Assembly: GCA_963792415.1 (NCBI GenBank)
Contig: CAWBVY010000001.1
Span: forward strand, 256,001 to 320,000
Direction of reading: 5' to 3'
Length of the DNA: 64,000 nt
Origin: Candidatus Deferrimicrobiaceae bacterium
GTDB lineage: Bacteria; Desulfobacterota; Deferrimicrobia; Deferrimicrobiales; Deferrimicrobiaceae
Of this stretch, positions 45,056-53,765 are shown one piece after another. The number at the start of each line of letters is the position of its first letter. The stretch's first letter is position 1. Position numbers and translations under genes: made by a program. The notes beneath the pieces are model-generated. The model saw only the letters and a program-made list of their open reading frames with translations. It searched no databases and was not told the origin of the DNA.

Positions 45056-45188
45056 GAGCCACAAATCAGCCACCCGGGCCGCTTTCAAGAAAAAAGAGGG
45101 CCTGGCGCGAATCCAAAATCCCTTTAGTTATTCGAATGGTGCCGAAGCGGAGACTCGAACCCTCACGGGTCTCCCCGCCACCCCCTCA
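45056..45188 (-). repeat. att-like unit: tRNA-Leu 3'-half copy (45137-45188) plus AGCCAC-repeat/terminator motif
   Basis: GAGCCACAAATCAGCCAC...AAAAAAGAGGG...AAATCCCTTT, then TGGTGCCGAAGCGGAGACTCGAACCCTCACGGGTCTCCCCGCCACCCCCTCA. Confidence 0.9.
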
Positions 45189-45209
45189 GAACGGCAGCGT
45201 CGGAGAAAC

Positions 45210-46241
45210 TTAGAGTGCATCCCGATCGTGAGCTGCGCACAGATGAGTCTCGAACGTTACATGGACCAATCCGAGTTCCTCGGGCAGGAACCTGTAGTAG
45301 GCGTCAGGATCCAACGGGCGGGCGGAGATGATCGCGATCTCCGCCGCATAGATTCCCGGGCCTACGGACCACACATGCATGTCGGAGACTCGATTGTCCC
45401 CCTCCGATTCGATCGCGTTCCGGATCGCCTCTACCACCTCGCGCGGGGCCTGCATATCGAGAAGTACGCGGGCCGACGACCGAAGCAGCCCCCAGGACCA
45501 GCGGGTCACGAGCGCCGCACCCACCAGACCCATGAAGGGATCCAGCCACTTCTGTCCAAGGTATTTGCCTGCGAGGAGAGCAAAGATCGCAAGAACGGAG
45601 GTCAGGGCGTCCGCAAGCACGTGAAGATAAGCGGATCGGAGGTTGTGATCCTTGTGCTCATGGGGGATCGAGGGATGTTGGACATTGTGACGGTGATTCT
45701 TCCCCTCGCCGGCATGGCGGGGATGCTCGTGGGGATGATTGTCGTCCTCACCCTGTTTCCGGTTCCCCCTTCCGAGAGAATGGACGTGTCCGCCGAGGAT
45801 GGCTAGGCACGCACCGTTGACGATCAGACCGATGATCGCGACGAGGATCGCCTGGTCGAACCCGATCGCCACGGGCGAAATGAACCGCCGGACGCTCTCC
45901 CAGGCCATGGCAAACGCGAACAACGCCAACGTCGATGCGCTCGCGAACGCCGCCAGCGAGTTCACTTTCCCCGTACCGAAGTTGAAGCGTGAGTCGCTGG
46001 CGTGGATGCGGGTGTAGCGGTAGGCGAACACCGAGATGGCGAGCGCCGAGGCGTGGCTCCCCATGTGGAGACCGTCGGCCAGGAGCGCCATCGATCCGAA
46101 GGCGAGTCCCGCCACGATCTCGACGACCATCGTCAGGACCGTGACGATGCTGACGATCAGTGTGCGCTTTTCGGCGGACCTTCTCACTTCCTGACCAAAC
46201 GTGTGGTCGTGCACCCAGCGTTCAATGGATTCCGTGTGCAT
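45210..46241 (-). CDS. dmeF: CDF-family Co/Ni efflux transporter with His-rich loop (DmeF-like)
   Basis: HDHTFGQ, SMALLADGLHMGSHA, FGTGKV, His-rich loop, DHNLRSAYLHVLADALTS. Confidence 0.88.
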   Translation of the reverse strand: MHTESIERWVHDHTFGQEVRRSAEKRTLIVSIVTVLTMVVEIVAGLAFGSMALLADGLHMGSHASALAISVFAYRYTRIHASDSRFNFGTGKVNSLAAFASASTLALFAFAMAWESVRRFISPVAIGFDQAILVAIIGLIVNGACLAILGGHVHSLGRGNRKQGEDDNHPHEHPRHAGEGKNHRHNVQHPSIPHEHKDHNLRSAYLHVLADALTSVLAIFALLAGKYLGQKWLDPFMGLVGAALVTRWSWGLLRSSARVLLDMQAPREVVEAIRNAIESEGDNRVSDMHVWSVGPGIYAAEIAIISARPLDPDAYYRFLPEELGLVHVTFETHLCAAHDRDAL

Positions 46242-46349
46242 ATCGATGTCCTTGACTATTTGAGGCAGCGTCCGGTCCCAGCGCTTCGAGATCGGCATGA
46301 TCAGAATACCGGAATATCCGTCGCTTCTTTACACCGCTAATGACCCGCA

Positions 46350-46480
46350 AGCCACAAATCAGCCACTCGGGCCGAAAAAACGAAAAAAGGGACTCCGGAG
46401 GAAAGCCGAAATCCCTTTAAGAATTGCCATGGTGTCGAATGGGGGACTCGAACCCCCACGGGTTTCCCTACCGCTGCCAT
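46350..46480 (-). repeat. att-like unit: tRNA-Leu 3'-half copy (46430-46480) plus AGCCAC-repeat/terminator motif
   Basis: AGCCACAAATCAGCCAC...AAAAAAGGGACTCCGGAGGAAAGCCGAAATCCCTTT, then TGGTGTCGAATGGGGGACTCGAACCCCCACGGGTTTCCC. Confidence 0.9.
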
Positions 46481-46483
46481 CGC

Positions 46484-46870
46484 CTAACAGCAGCCTGCCG
46501 CACGACCCGCAGTTGTTCGTATCAGGCGTTCCGGAATGGCTTCGTATACTGTCCCTTCTTGCTCCACCGTCCGACATGCGACATCTTCTTCTCCGGTCAG
46601 GTCGCAGCAGGATGCGCACGAACTCTCCCCTCCGCTCGCCCCCGGGACAAGGGACTCAATGGGAATCCCGTTGAAGAGGATCTGATTAGATTGCCGGATC
46701 TCACCCGCCCCCAATAACGTTTCCTTGAATGCCACCCGGATGCCGCTCTCCTCGCACTCGCTGGTCAGCACCTTAACCACCTCGGCTAGTGTTCTTCCAG
46801 TATCCTCGCAGCGAATGCAAGTTGCCCCTTCCTTGTCCAGATGCCTCCACTCTATCTCCAAAGTCTTCAT
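46484..46870 (-). CDS. DUF2703-like Cys-rich protein
   Basis: GGAGGTG RBS; LEIEWRHL..TCIRCEDTG, SNQILFNG, CASCCDL..CRTVE. Confidence 0.75.
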   Translation of the reverse strand: MKTLEIEWRHLDKEGATCIRCEDTGRTLAEVVKVLTSECEESGIRVAFKETLLGAGEIRQSNQILFNGIPIESLVPGASGGESSCASCCDLTGEEDVACRTVEQEGTVYEAIPERLIRTTAGRAAGCC

Positions 46871-47303
46871 CCTAATCACCTCCCACCAGGACGGTTAACA
46901 GATGCCCCACAATCAGGATACACCCACCACCCACACAAGATGAGGGAAGTTAGGCCACAACGCAATCCACTCCTATATGACCGAATTAATGGAGAATATC
47001 GCGCACGATGTCTTCCGGATAAAAAGACGGAAATCCCGCCATCAATTTCAAATACATCGGGAAAATTAGATTAAGCGGGTCCCAATTCTGGCTGCCATCA
47101 TGTTCGATGGGGTATGCAAACCCCAAGACGATTATGATCTACGTGTATTTGGGGAAATCGTGCATTAGCTAGCAGAGTGAGAAACTCAATGGTACTCGCT
47201 TGCTCCAGTGACAAAGCCTCTATGATGGTCGTGGGCCGGATTGTGTGATTGCCTTCGGGCGGCGACTTTTCCGGCTTTCGCAATCCGGCCCGTTTACCTC
47301 AGT

Positions 47304-47762
47304 CTACATTCCCCCCTCGGATTTCTTCAGCTCCCCCTTAGCCCATTTTTCCAAAGGTTTCGGGTTCGGTTTGTACCAGTGGGATTTATCGGTCCAGACG
47401 TAGGTGGCATGGATTTTGTTTCCTTGGACCGTTCCCTCCCAGTGAATCTTTCCTTTCTTCTCGCTGGTCGTGTCCGCCACGAACTTTATGGTGTCCCCCT
47501 CTACCGTAGCCATATAAGGAGCTTCACTGAAGCCGTACTGGTCGCACTCGACCGAACGGAATTTTCCATCCTTGAAAACCAGCGTATCCGTTCCTTTCGC
47601 CTCCTTCCCCTTTTCCCCCTGCTGGACCACGAAGGTCTTCCCGTCCAGCGCACCACCCGCCGATTCATGATGTGCCCCGATTGCCAACCTCCCACCACCT
47701 GCCACAAGCAGAAAAACCCCTAAAACCGAAAAAATCCGCTTCAAATAGCCTGTCGATCCCAT
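47304..47762 (-). CDS. Exported hypothetical protein
   Basis: AGGAGG RBS; signal peptide; LDGKTF..DTLVFKDGKFRSVECDQYGF. Confidence 0.7.
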   Translation of the reverse strand: MGSTGYLKRIFSVLGVFLLVAGGGRLAIGAHHESAGGALDGKTFVVQQGEKGKEAKGTDTLVFKDGKFRSVECDQYGFSEAPYMATVEGDTIKFVADTTSEKKGKIHWEGTVQGNKIHATYVWTDKSHWYKPNPKPLEKWAKGELKKSEGGM

Positions 47763-48011
47763 ATCCCGTTTCCTCCTTTAATAGTCGCCCAATTTGTGTT
47801 TTATTTCAGCCACCTTCCCGTTAGACAGAAATAGATCCGCAATTTTCAAAATTAGATTCCTCCAAACTTGATAATGATTCTTTGGAGATAAAAAATCCTG
47901 TCGCGATCATACATGGAGTGACCAGCCCATATTCGAATCGGTCCGTTGAACGATAAACTCTCTCGTTCCCCATGCTTCCCTTGAGGGTATTGGCTTACCG
48001 CAGCAGTGCGA

Positions 48012-48065
48012 TGGTGCCGAAGGGAGGACTCGAACCCCCACGGGTCTCCCCACCACCCCCATCAA
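48012..48065 (-). repeat. tRNA-Leu 3'-half copy (att-like), without the AGCCAC/terminator motif
   Basis: TGGTGCCGAAGGGAGGACTCGAACCCCCACGGGTCTCCCCACCACCCCC. Confidence 0.9.
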
Positions 48066-48367
48066 CACCATCCCCGCCCCCCCCTTTCGCCCCGAAAAAC
48101 GACGATATTTGCAAGGGGTTTGCGATACATCACGAGCGAAGATCCTGGTCACCCACCCCAAGCCCCAGTGCTGCGCGGTTCTCTCTTCCGTGAGCGCGGA
48201 GATCGCCATGCCAGGGCTTACGCACCCTCTCGACGGTGACGTCCGCGTCCTCAGAACTTCCTTTCCCGCAGCACCGGCAGGCAGGTTCCCGCATCAAAAT
48301 ACTGATCCTTCCGGCGACCTCCCGTCGCAGGACTCATAATGGTCCTCAGGACAAGGGGGTAACGAAG

Positions 48368-48808
48368 ATGATGAGAACGTTAGTCGGAACCGTACTGCTG
48401 TTGCTGGGGGCGTCCGCCTTCGCCGCGGAGAGCTCGGACATGCCGAAGGTGCTCTCGAACGCGGACTGGTCGAAGATGGAAACCGTCACCGTGACGATGA
48501 CCGAATACGCCTTCTCGCCTTCCCGTGTTCTCCTGAAGGCCGGGACACCGACGAAGCTCGTACTCCGCAACGAGGGGAAGGAGCACCACTACTTCGTCGC
48601 GGAGAAGTTCTTCGGTACGATCGCCACCCGCAAGGTCCAGGGGTCGGACGGGGAGGTGAAGACGCCGCTCCTGACAGCGGCGGAGGTGTACGCCGGGAAA
48701 AGTCTGGAGTGGTTCCTGGTGCCCACGGAGAAGGGGACGTTCGACCTGGTGTGCACCGTCAAGGGACACGCCGACCGCGGGATGAAGGGGACGATCGAGG
48801 TCCGCTGA
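48368..48808 (+). CDS. Periplasmic cupredoxin (type-1 copper protein)
   Basis: Signal peptide; EYAFSP; NEGKEHH; C-x4-H-x4-M (CTVKGHADRGM). Confidence 0.85.
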   Translation: MMRTLVGTVLLLLGASAFAAESSDMPKVLSNADWSKMETVTVTMTEYAFSPSRVLLKAGTPTKLVLRNEGKEHHYFVAEKFFGTIATRKVQGSDGEVKTPLLTAAEVYAGKSLEWFLVPTEKGTFDLVCTVKGHADRGMKGTIEVR

Positions 48809-48830
48809 CCATCGAGGGCTGTACACCCAC

Positions 48831-48900
48831 GAGCCACAAATGAGCCAGTCGGCCCCTTTTTAGAAAAAAAGGGACTTCGGCGGAAATCCGAAATCCCTTT
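48831..48900 (-). terminator. tRNA terminator hairpin plus AGCCA direct repeats (prototype of the cassette-end motif)
   Basis: GAGCCACAAATGAGCCAG...AAAAAAAGGGACTTCGGCGGAAATCCGAAATCCCTTT. Confidence 0.8.
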
Positions 48901-48911
48901 CATTATTGCGA

Positions 48912-48996
48912 TGGTGCCGAAGGCGGGATTTGAACCCGCACGGGTCTCCCCACCACCCCCTCAAGATGGCGTGTCTGCCAGTTCCACCACTTCGGC
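48912..48996 (-). tRNA. tRNA-Leu(GAG)
   Basis: Reverse complement GCCGAAGTGGTGGAACTGGCAGACACGCCATCTTGAGGGGGTGG...GGGTTCAAATCCCGCCTTCGGCACCA; 85 nt, long variable arm, encoded CCA. Confidence 0.96.
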
Positions 48997-49178
48997 GCGT
49001 TGCTGCGGAGAAATATAGTATCCACCCTCCCGTCGAAAATCAATATGGAGAGTTCGGCGAGCGGCAGGCGCGACTCCGGGTTCCGCCCATCGATGTCCGG
49101 TTGAACGTTTTTCTTCCAAAATCGACCGCATCCCTGTACTCTTTTCCGGGAAATCTCATACCTTAGCGGGGGACGGTC

Positions 49179-51017
49179 ATGGCGGAAGAAGAAGCGCCGC
49201 GTCGCGGCGGCTTGTACCGGAACGTAATCAGTCTTGCCGGGGCGCTCATCTCCGGGGGAAGCATCCTCCTCATCATCTTCGCGCTCGCGCTCGAGTACAG
49301 CGCCAAGCGGCCCAGCCCCTACATCGGCATCTTCACCTACATGCTGTTCCCGATGTTCTTCGCCCTGGGCGCCGCCGTCTTCCTGTACGGGATGCGGCAC
49401 GAGAGCCTGCGCCGGCGCAGCGCGCAGCGCGAGGATGCGCTCGCATACCCCCTGGTCGACCTGAACATCCCGAGGCACCGGAAACGGTTCATCTACGTCG
49501 TGCTCGGGGGAACGTTCCTCTCCGTGTTCATGGCGTTCGTGACGTACAACGCCTTCCTGTACACCGAGTCCGTCCCGTTCTGCGGCACCCTGTGCCACAC
49601 GGTGATGCAGCCCGAATACACGTCCTACCTCGCATCCCCCCATGCGCGGGTGGCCTGCGTGGATTGCCACGTCGGTCACGGCGCCTCCTGGTACGTCAAG
49701 GCGAAGATCTCGGGGCTGCGCCAGGTGCTCGCCGTGGCGACGGGATCGTACCCCACCCCCATTCCCACCCCGATCGAGAACCTGCGCCCGGCGCGGGAGA
49801 CGTGCGAGGAGTGCCACTGGCCCGACAAATTCTTCGGGACCCAGCTGATGCAGAATCCCCACTTCCGGTACAACGAGGCGAACACCGCGGAGCAGATCAG
49901 CCTCGGCGTGAAGACGGGGGGCGGCAGTTCGTCGCTGGGCGGGACCGCGGGGATCCACTGGCACATGATCATCAAGAACCGGGTCAGCTACGTCGCAACG
50001 GACCGGCAGAAGCAGGAGATCCCGTATCTCGAGGTTCGCGACGCGCAGGGGAACCTGGAGGAGACGTACACCAGCCTCGACTACAAGGGGACCCAGGAGC
50101 AGCTCGCGACCCTCCCCAAGGACATCATGGACTGCATGGACTGCCACAACCGGCCGACGCACATATACCAACCCCCGGACACCGCCGTGGACCGCGCCAT
50201 GACCACGGGGCTCATCCCCCGGACGCTCCCATGGGCAAAGAAGGTGGTCGTGGACGCCCTGGTCCGCGAATACCCCACGACCGAAAAGGCCCACGAGGGG
50301 CTCACCGCCGAGATCGAGGGGTTCTACCGCCAGAAGTACCCCTCCGTCTTCCAGGCGCGCAAGGCCGACGTGGAGAAGACGGTCGCCCAGGCGATCGCCA
50401 TCTTCGACCGCAGCGTCTTCCCCGACATGAAGGTGAACTGGAAGACGTACACCTCCAACATCGGGCACCGGAACTGGCCGGGCTGTTTCCGCTGCCACGA
50501 CAGCCGGCACGTGTCCAAGAAGGGGAAGGTCCTCAGCATGGGGTGCACGGAGTGCCACACGATGCCGGAGCGGGGACCCCTCATGCCGCTGGGATCCGTT
50601 TCCCCGGACAGCAAGATGCCGTGGCACCCCGTGCAACTGCAGGGGAAACACGCCCGGATCCTGTGCAACCAGTGCCACTCCGCGGGCTACCGACCGCCGT
50701 CCGAGTGCGCCGAGTGCCACAAGTTCGACACCTCCGCCCCGATGATGAAGATGGCGTGCACGGACTGCCATCAGAAACCGGGGGAGGCGAAACCGTACAC
50801 CGCGTGCAAGGAGTGCCACGACACGGTGCGTGGGCTGCACACCAAGGGTGGACACCCCGAGGCCGCCTGCATGGAGTGCCACAAGCCGCACGAGTGGGCC
50901 GTCGTTGGGCGCGACCCTTGCCTTGCGTGCCACAGCGACATGAAGGAGCACAACGCCGCGAAGGGCGCGTGCGTCTCCTGTCACTCGTTCCGGGAGGGGA
51001 AACAGGCGAAGAAGTGA
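49179..51017 (+). CDS. Inner-membrane multiheme cytochrome c (NapC/NirT- or ImcH-like) with extended heme tail
   Basis: Three N-terminal TMs; one CX3CH (CGTLCH) plus 12 CXXCH motifs; LRPARETCEECHWP; GIHWH. Confidence 0.88.
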   Translation: MAEEEAPRRGGLYRNVISLAGALISGGSILLIIFALALEYSAKRPSPYIGIFTYMLFPMFFALGAAVFLYGMRHESLRRRSAQREDALAYPLVDLNIPRHRKRFIYVVLGGTFLSVFMAFVTYNAFLYTESVPFCGTLCHTVMQPEYTSYLASPHARVACVDCHVGHGASWYVKAKISGLRQVLAVATGSYPTPIPTPIENLRPARETCEECHWPDKFFGTQLMQNPHFRYNEANTAEQISLGVKTGGGSSSLGGTAGIHWHMIIKNRVSYVATDRQKQEIPYLEVRDAQGNLEETYTSLDYKGTQEQLATLPKDIMDCMDCHNRPTHIYQPPDTAVDRAMTTGLIPRTLPWAKKVVVDALVREYPTTEKAHEGLTAEIEGFYRQKYPSVFQARKADVEKTVAQAIAIFDRSVFPDMKVNWKTYTSNIGHRNWPGCFRCHDSRHVSKKGKVLSMGCTECHTMPERGPLMPLGSVSPDSKMPWHPVQLQGKHARILCNQCHSAGYRPPSECAECHKFDTSAPMMKMACTDCHQKPGEAKPYTACKECHDTVRGLHTKGGHPEAACMECHKPHEWAVVGRDPCLACHSDMKEHNAAKGACVSCHSFREGKQAKK

Positions 51018-51030
51018 CCGGAAGGCGAGG

Positions 51031-52275
51031 CTATTCGCCGTCGCGCCTCTCCCGGGGGAGGGCCCCGGGGACGATCCCCCCGGGCCCGAACTTCTCCCGG
51101 ATCCGGTCCACCGCGCGGTTGAGCTTTTCCTTCTTCTCCGGGTCCACGGCGATCGGGGGGCCCGGTTTCCCCGCACGCGGACGGCCGAAGAGACCGAGCT
51201 GCTCCATCCGGTCCACCTTCGGCGGACCCGCCGCCGCGACGAGCTTCGACACCGAGATCCCAAGGAGCCGAACGGGCCGGGCTCCCGCTTCGGTGTCTTG
51301 CAGCAGGTCGAGCGCGCACCGGTAGATCGTTCCACCGTCGTCGGTGGGGTCGGACAGGGTGATCGCCCGGGTCACCTGGACGAAGTCGTGGTACTTCACC
51401 TTCAGCGTGACCGTCTTCCCCCGGATCCCCCCGCGACGCAGGCGCGACGACACCCGGTCGGAGAGCGAGAGCAGCTCCCGACGCATCGCCCCGCGATCGC
51501 GCAGATCGTGGTCGTAGGTGTCTTCGTGACCGACCGACTTCGCCTCGCGCTCCGTCTCGACGGGGCGGTCGTCGATCCCGCGGGCCAGCGCGTGCAGGTG
51601 CTCCCCGTGCGCGCCGAAGGTTCGCACCAGCGTCTCCCGCGGCGAGCGGCGCAGATCGCCGATCGTCCGGATCCCCCGCCCCAGGAGCGCCTCCTCCGTC
51701 ACCTTCCCCACTCCCCACAGCTTCCCCACCGGAAGAGGGTCCAGGAATTCCCGCTCTTTCCCGGGGGGGACGACCGTGAGGCCGTCCGGCTTCCCGAGAT
51801 CCGAAGCGATCTTCGCGAGGAACTTGTTCCGGGCCACGCCGGCGGAGACGGTCAGCCCGGCCTCTTCCCGCACCGCCGCCCTGATCTTGCGCGCCACCGC
51901 TTCCGCGCCCCCGAAGAGCCGTTCGCACCCCGTGACGTCGAGGAACGCCTCGTCGATGGAGAGCGGCTCCACCAGGGGGGAGAATCGCCGGTAGATCGCG
52001 AAGACCGCGTCGGACATCTCCGCGTAGCGGGACATGCGGACGGGAAGGAAGATCCCCTTCGGGCAGAGCCGCTTCGCGGTCGCCGTCGGCATCGCCGAGT
52101 GAACCCCGAACCTGCGCGCCTCGTACGATGCCGCCGCCACGACGCCGCGACGCTCGTCGCCGCCGACGATCACCGGCTTCCCGCGGAGCTCCGGGCGGTC
52201 GAGGACCTCGACCGAGCAGTAGAACGCGTCGAGATCCAGGTGCAGGATGCTCCGGTCCGCGAGAGGCGCGTTCAT
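51031..52275 (-). CDS. dinB: DNA polymerase IV
   Basis: ILHLDLDAFYCSVE, ASYEARRFGVHSAM, SIDEAFLD, NKFLAKIASD. Confidence 0.95.
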   Translation of the reverse strand: MNAPLADRSILHLDLDAFYCSVEVLDRPELRGKPVIVGGDERRGVVAAASYEARRFGVHSAMPTATAKRLCPKGIFLPVRMSRYAEMSDAVFAIYRRFSPLVEPLSIDEAFLDVTGCERLFGGAEAVARKIRAAVREEAGLTVSAGVARNKFLAKIASDLGKPDGLTVVPPGKEREFLDPLPVGKLWGVGKVTEEALLGRGIRTIGDLRRSPRETLVRTFGAHGEHLHALARGIDDRPVETEREAKSVGHEDTYDHDLRDRGAMRRELLSLSDRVSSRLRRGGIRGKTVTLKVKYHDFVQVTRAITLSDPTDDGGTIYRCALDLLQDTEAGARPVRLLGISVSKLVAAAGPPKVDRMEQLGLFGRPRAGKPGPPIAVDPEKKEKLNRAVDRIREKFGPGGIVPGALPRERRDGE

Positions 52276-53126
52276 GCCCGCGATTGCAGGTAGTAGGAGC
52301 TTCGGACGAGAGGGCCGGACAGGACACTGGCGAAGCCGATCCCGCGCGCCTCCTCCGCGAGGAGGTCGAACCGTTCCGGGGAGACATATTCCGACAGCGG
52401 GAGATGGTCCCTTGAAGGCGGCAGGTATTGCCCCACCGTGATCGAGCGGCACCCAGCGGAGAACAGGTCCCGGAAGACCGCCGTCACTTCCTCCCCGGTC
52501 TCCCCGAACCCGACCATGATCCCGGATTTGAGCGGCAGGGAGGGGCGCATCGCGGCGGCGCGGCGGAGAAGATCGATGGACCGGTCGTACGCCGATCCCT
52601 TCCGGACGCTCGGGTAGAGGCGCGGGACGGTCTCCACGTTGTGGGCGAGTACGTCGGGGGCGGCGTCGACGACGCACCGAAGCGCGTCGGCGTTTCCGGC
52701 GAAGTCCGGGACCAGCAGTTCGACGGCGGCCCCCGGCGCTTCCCGCCGGAGCGCGCGGACAACGGCGGCGAAGTGCGCCGCCCCCCCGTCGGGGAGGTCG
52801 TCGCGGGTGACGGAGGTGACGACCACGTGCCGCCAGGAGAGCTCCGCCGCCGCCCTCGCCACGCGGTCGGGCTCGGAGGGATCCGGCGGAGCGGGCGCCC
52901 CCGCGGAAACGAAGCAGAAGGCGCAACCCCTCGTGCAGACGTCCCCCAGCAGGATCACGGTCGCCGTCCCGGCTCCCCAGCACTCCCCGACGTTGGGGCA
53001 CCGCGCTTCGCGGCACACCGTGCGGAGGCCGTGCCGGGCGAGCGTCGCCGACACCTCCTCGACGCGCTTTCCGGAAGGGGCGCGGACCTTCAGCCAGTCG
53101 GGGCGCGGGGCGCGGTCCGGGTTCAC
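52272..53126 (-). CDS. lipA: Lipoyl synthase
   Basis: RPDWLKV, VCREARCPNVGECW, CTRGCAFC, HNVETV, PLVRSSY. Confidence 0.95.
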   Translation of the reverse strand: MNPDRAPRPDWLKVRAPSGKRVEEVSATLARHGLRTVCREARCPNVGECWGAGTATVILLGDVCTRGCAFCFVSAGAPAPPDPSEPDRVARAAAELSWRHVVVTSVTRDDLPDGGAAHFAAVVRALRREAPGAAVELLVPDFAGNADALRCVVDAAPDVLAHNVETVPRLYPSVRKGSAYDRSIDLLRRAAAMRPSLPLKSGIMVGFGETGEEVTAVFRDLFSAGCRSITVGQYLPPSRDHLPLSEYVSPERFDLLAEEARGIGFASVLSGPLVRSSYYLQSRA

Positions 53127-53749
53127 GCGAACCCCTCCAGATGGCGGCTGCAGGCGGCGGCCACCGCCTCGCGCACCGCCTCCATCGCCGGGGCGCTTCC
53201 CGTCTCCTCGGCGATCGACGTCGCTTCCCGCCCCTTCAGGCCGCAGAGGTGGATCCGACGGAACCGGGAAAGATCGGTCGCCACGTTCAGGGCGAAGCCG
53301 TGGTAGGTGACCCACTTCCGGATGCCGACGCCGATGGAGGCGATCTTCCGCTCCCCCGCCCACACGCCCGTCAGCCCCTCGATCCGCCGGGACGCGACGC
53401 CGAACACGCGCACGGCGTCGATCAGCGCCGCCTCGATCGACCGGACGAACCTGTGGACGTCCGGCTTCTCCATCAGGACGATCGGGTAGCCGACCAGCTG
53501 CCCCGGACCATGGTAGGTGATGTCTCCGCCCCGCCCGACGCGCTCCACCGGGATCCCCTCCGCCGCGAGCGATTCCCTCGGGACGAGCAGGTTCGCCTCG
53601 TCACCCGAGCGGCCCAGGGTGTAGACGTGCGGGTGGGTGAGAAGAAGCAGGGTGTCCCCGATCCGCCGGGCTGCCCTGCGGTCCAGCCAGGAGAGCTGGA
53701 GGTCGAGCGCCTCCCGGTACCCGACCTCCCCCAGCCAGACGGTCTCCAC
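53123..53749 (-). CDS. lipB: Octanoyltransferase
   Basis: HPHVYTLG, RGGDITYHGPGQLVGY, KIASIG, HGFALN. Confidence 0.95.
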   Translation of the reverse strand: METVWLGEVGYREALDLQLSWLDRRAARRIGDTLLLLTHPHVYTLGRSGDEANLLVPRESLAAEGIPVERVGRGGDITYHGPGQLVGYPIVLMEKPDVHRFVRSIEAALIDAVRVFGVASRRIEGLTGVWAGERKIASIGVGIRKWVTYHGFALNVATDLSRFRRIHLCGLKGREATSIAEETGSAPAMEAVREAVAAACSRHLEGFA

Positions 53750-53765
53750 GGGGCGCCCTTTCTCC

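Noticed and set aside
46880-47300. Small ORFs in an AT-rich spacer (46841..47074, 47098..47283)
   Set aside because: No recognisable motif or convincing RBS; probably non-coding or decayed sequence.
44406-48065. Additional tRNA genes
   Set aside because: Each copy has only the 3' half (anticodon loop to acceptor end); there is no D-arm or 5' acceptor strand.
43300-49100. Classical integron or prophage
   Set aside because: No intI or other integrase, no attC-type sites recognised, and no phage genes.
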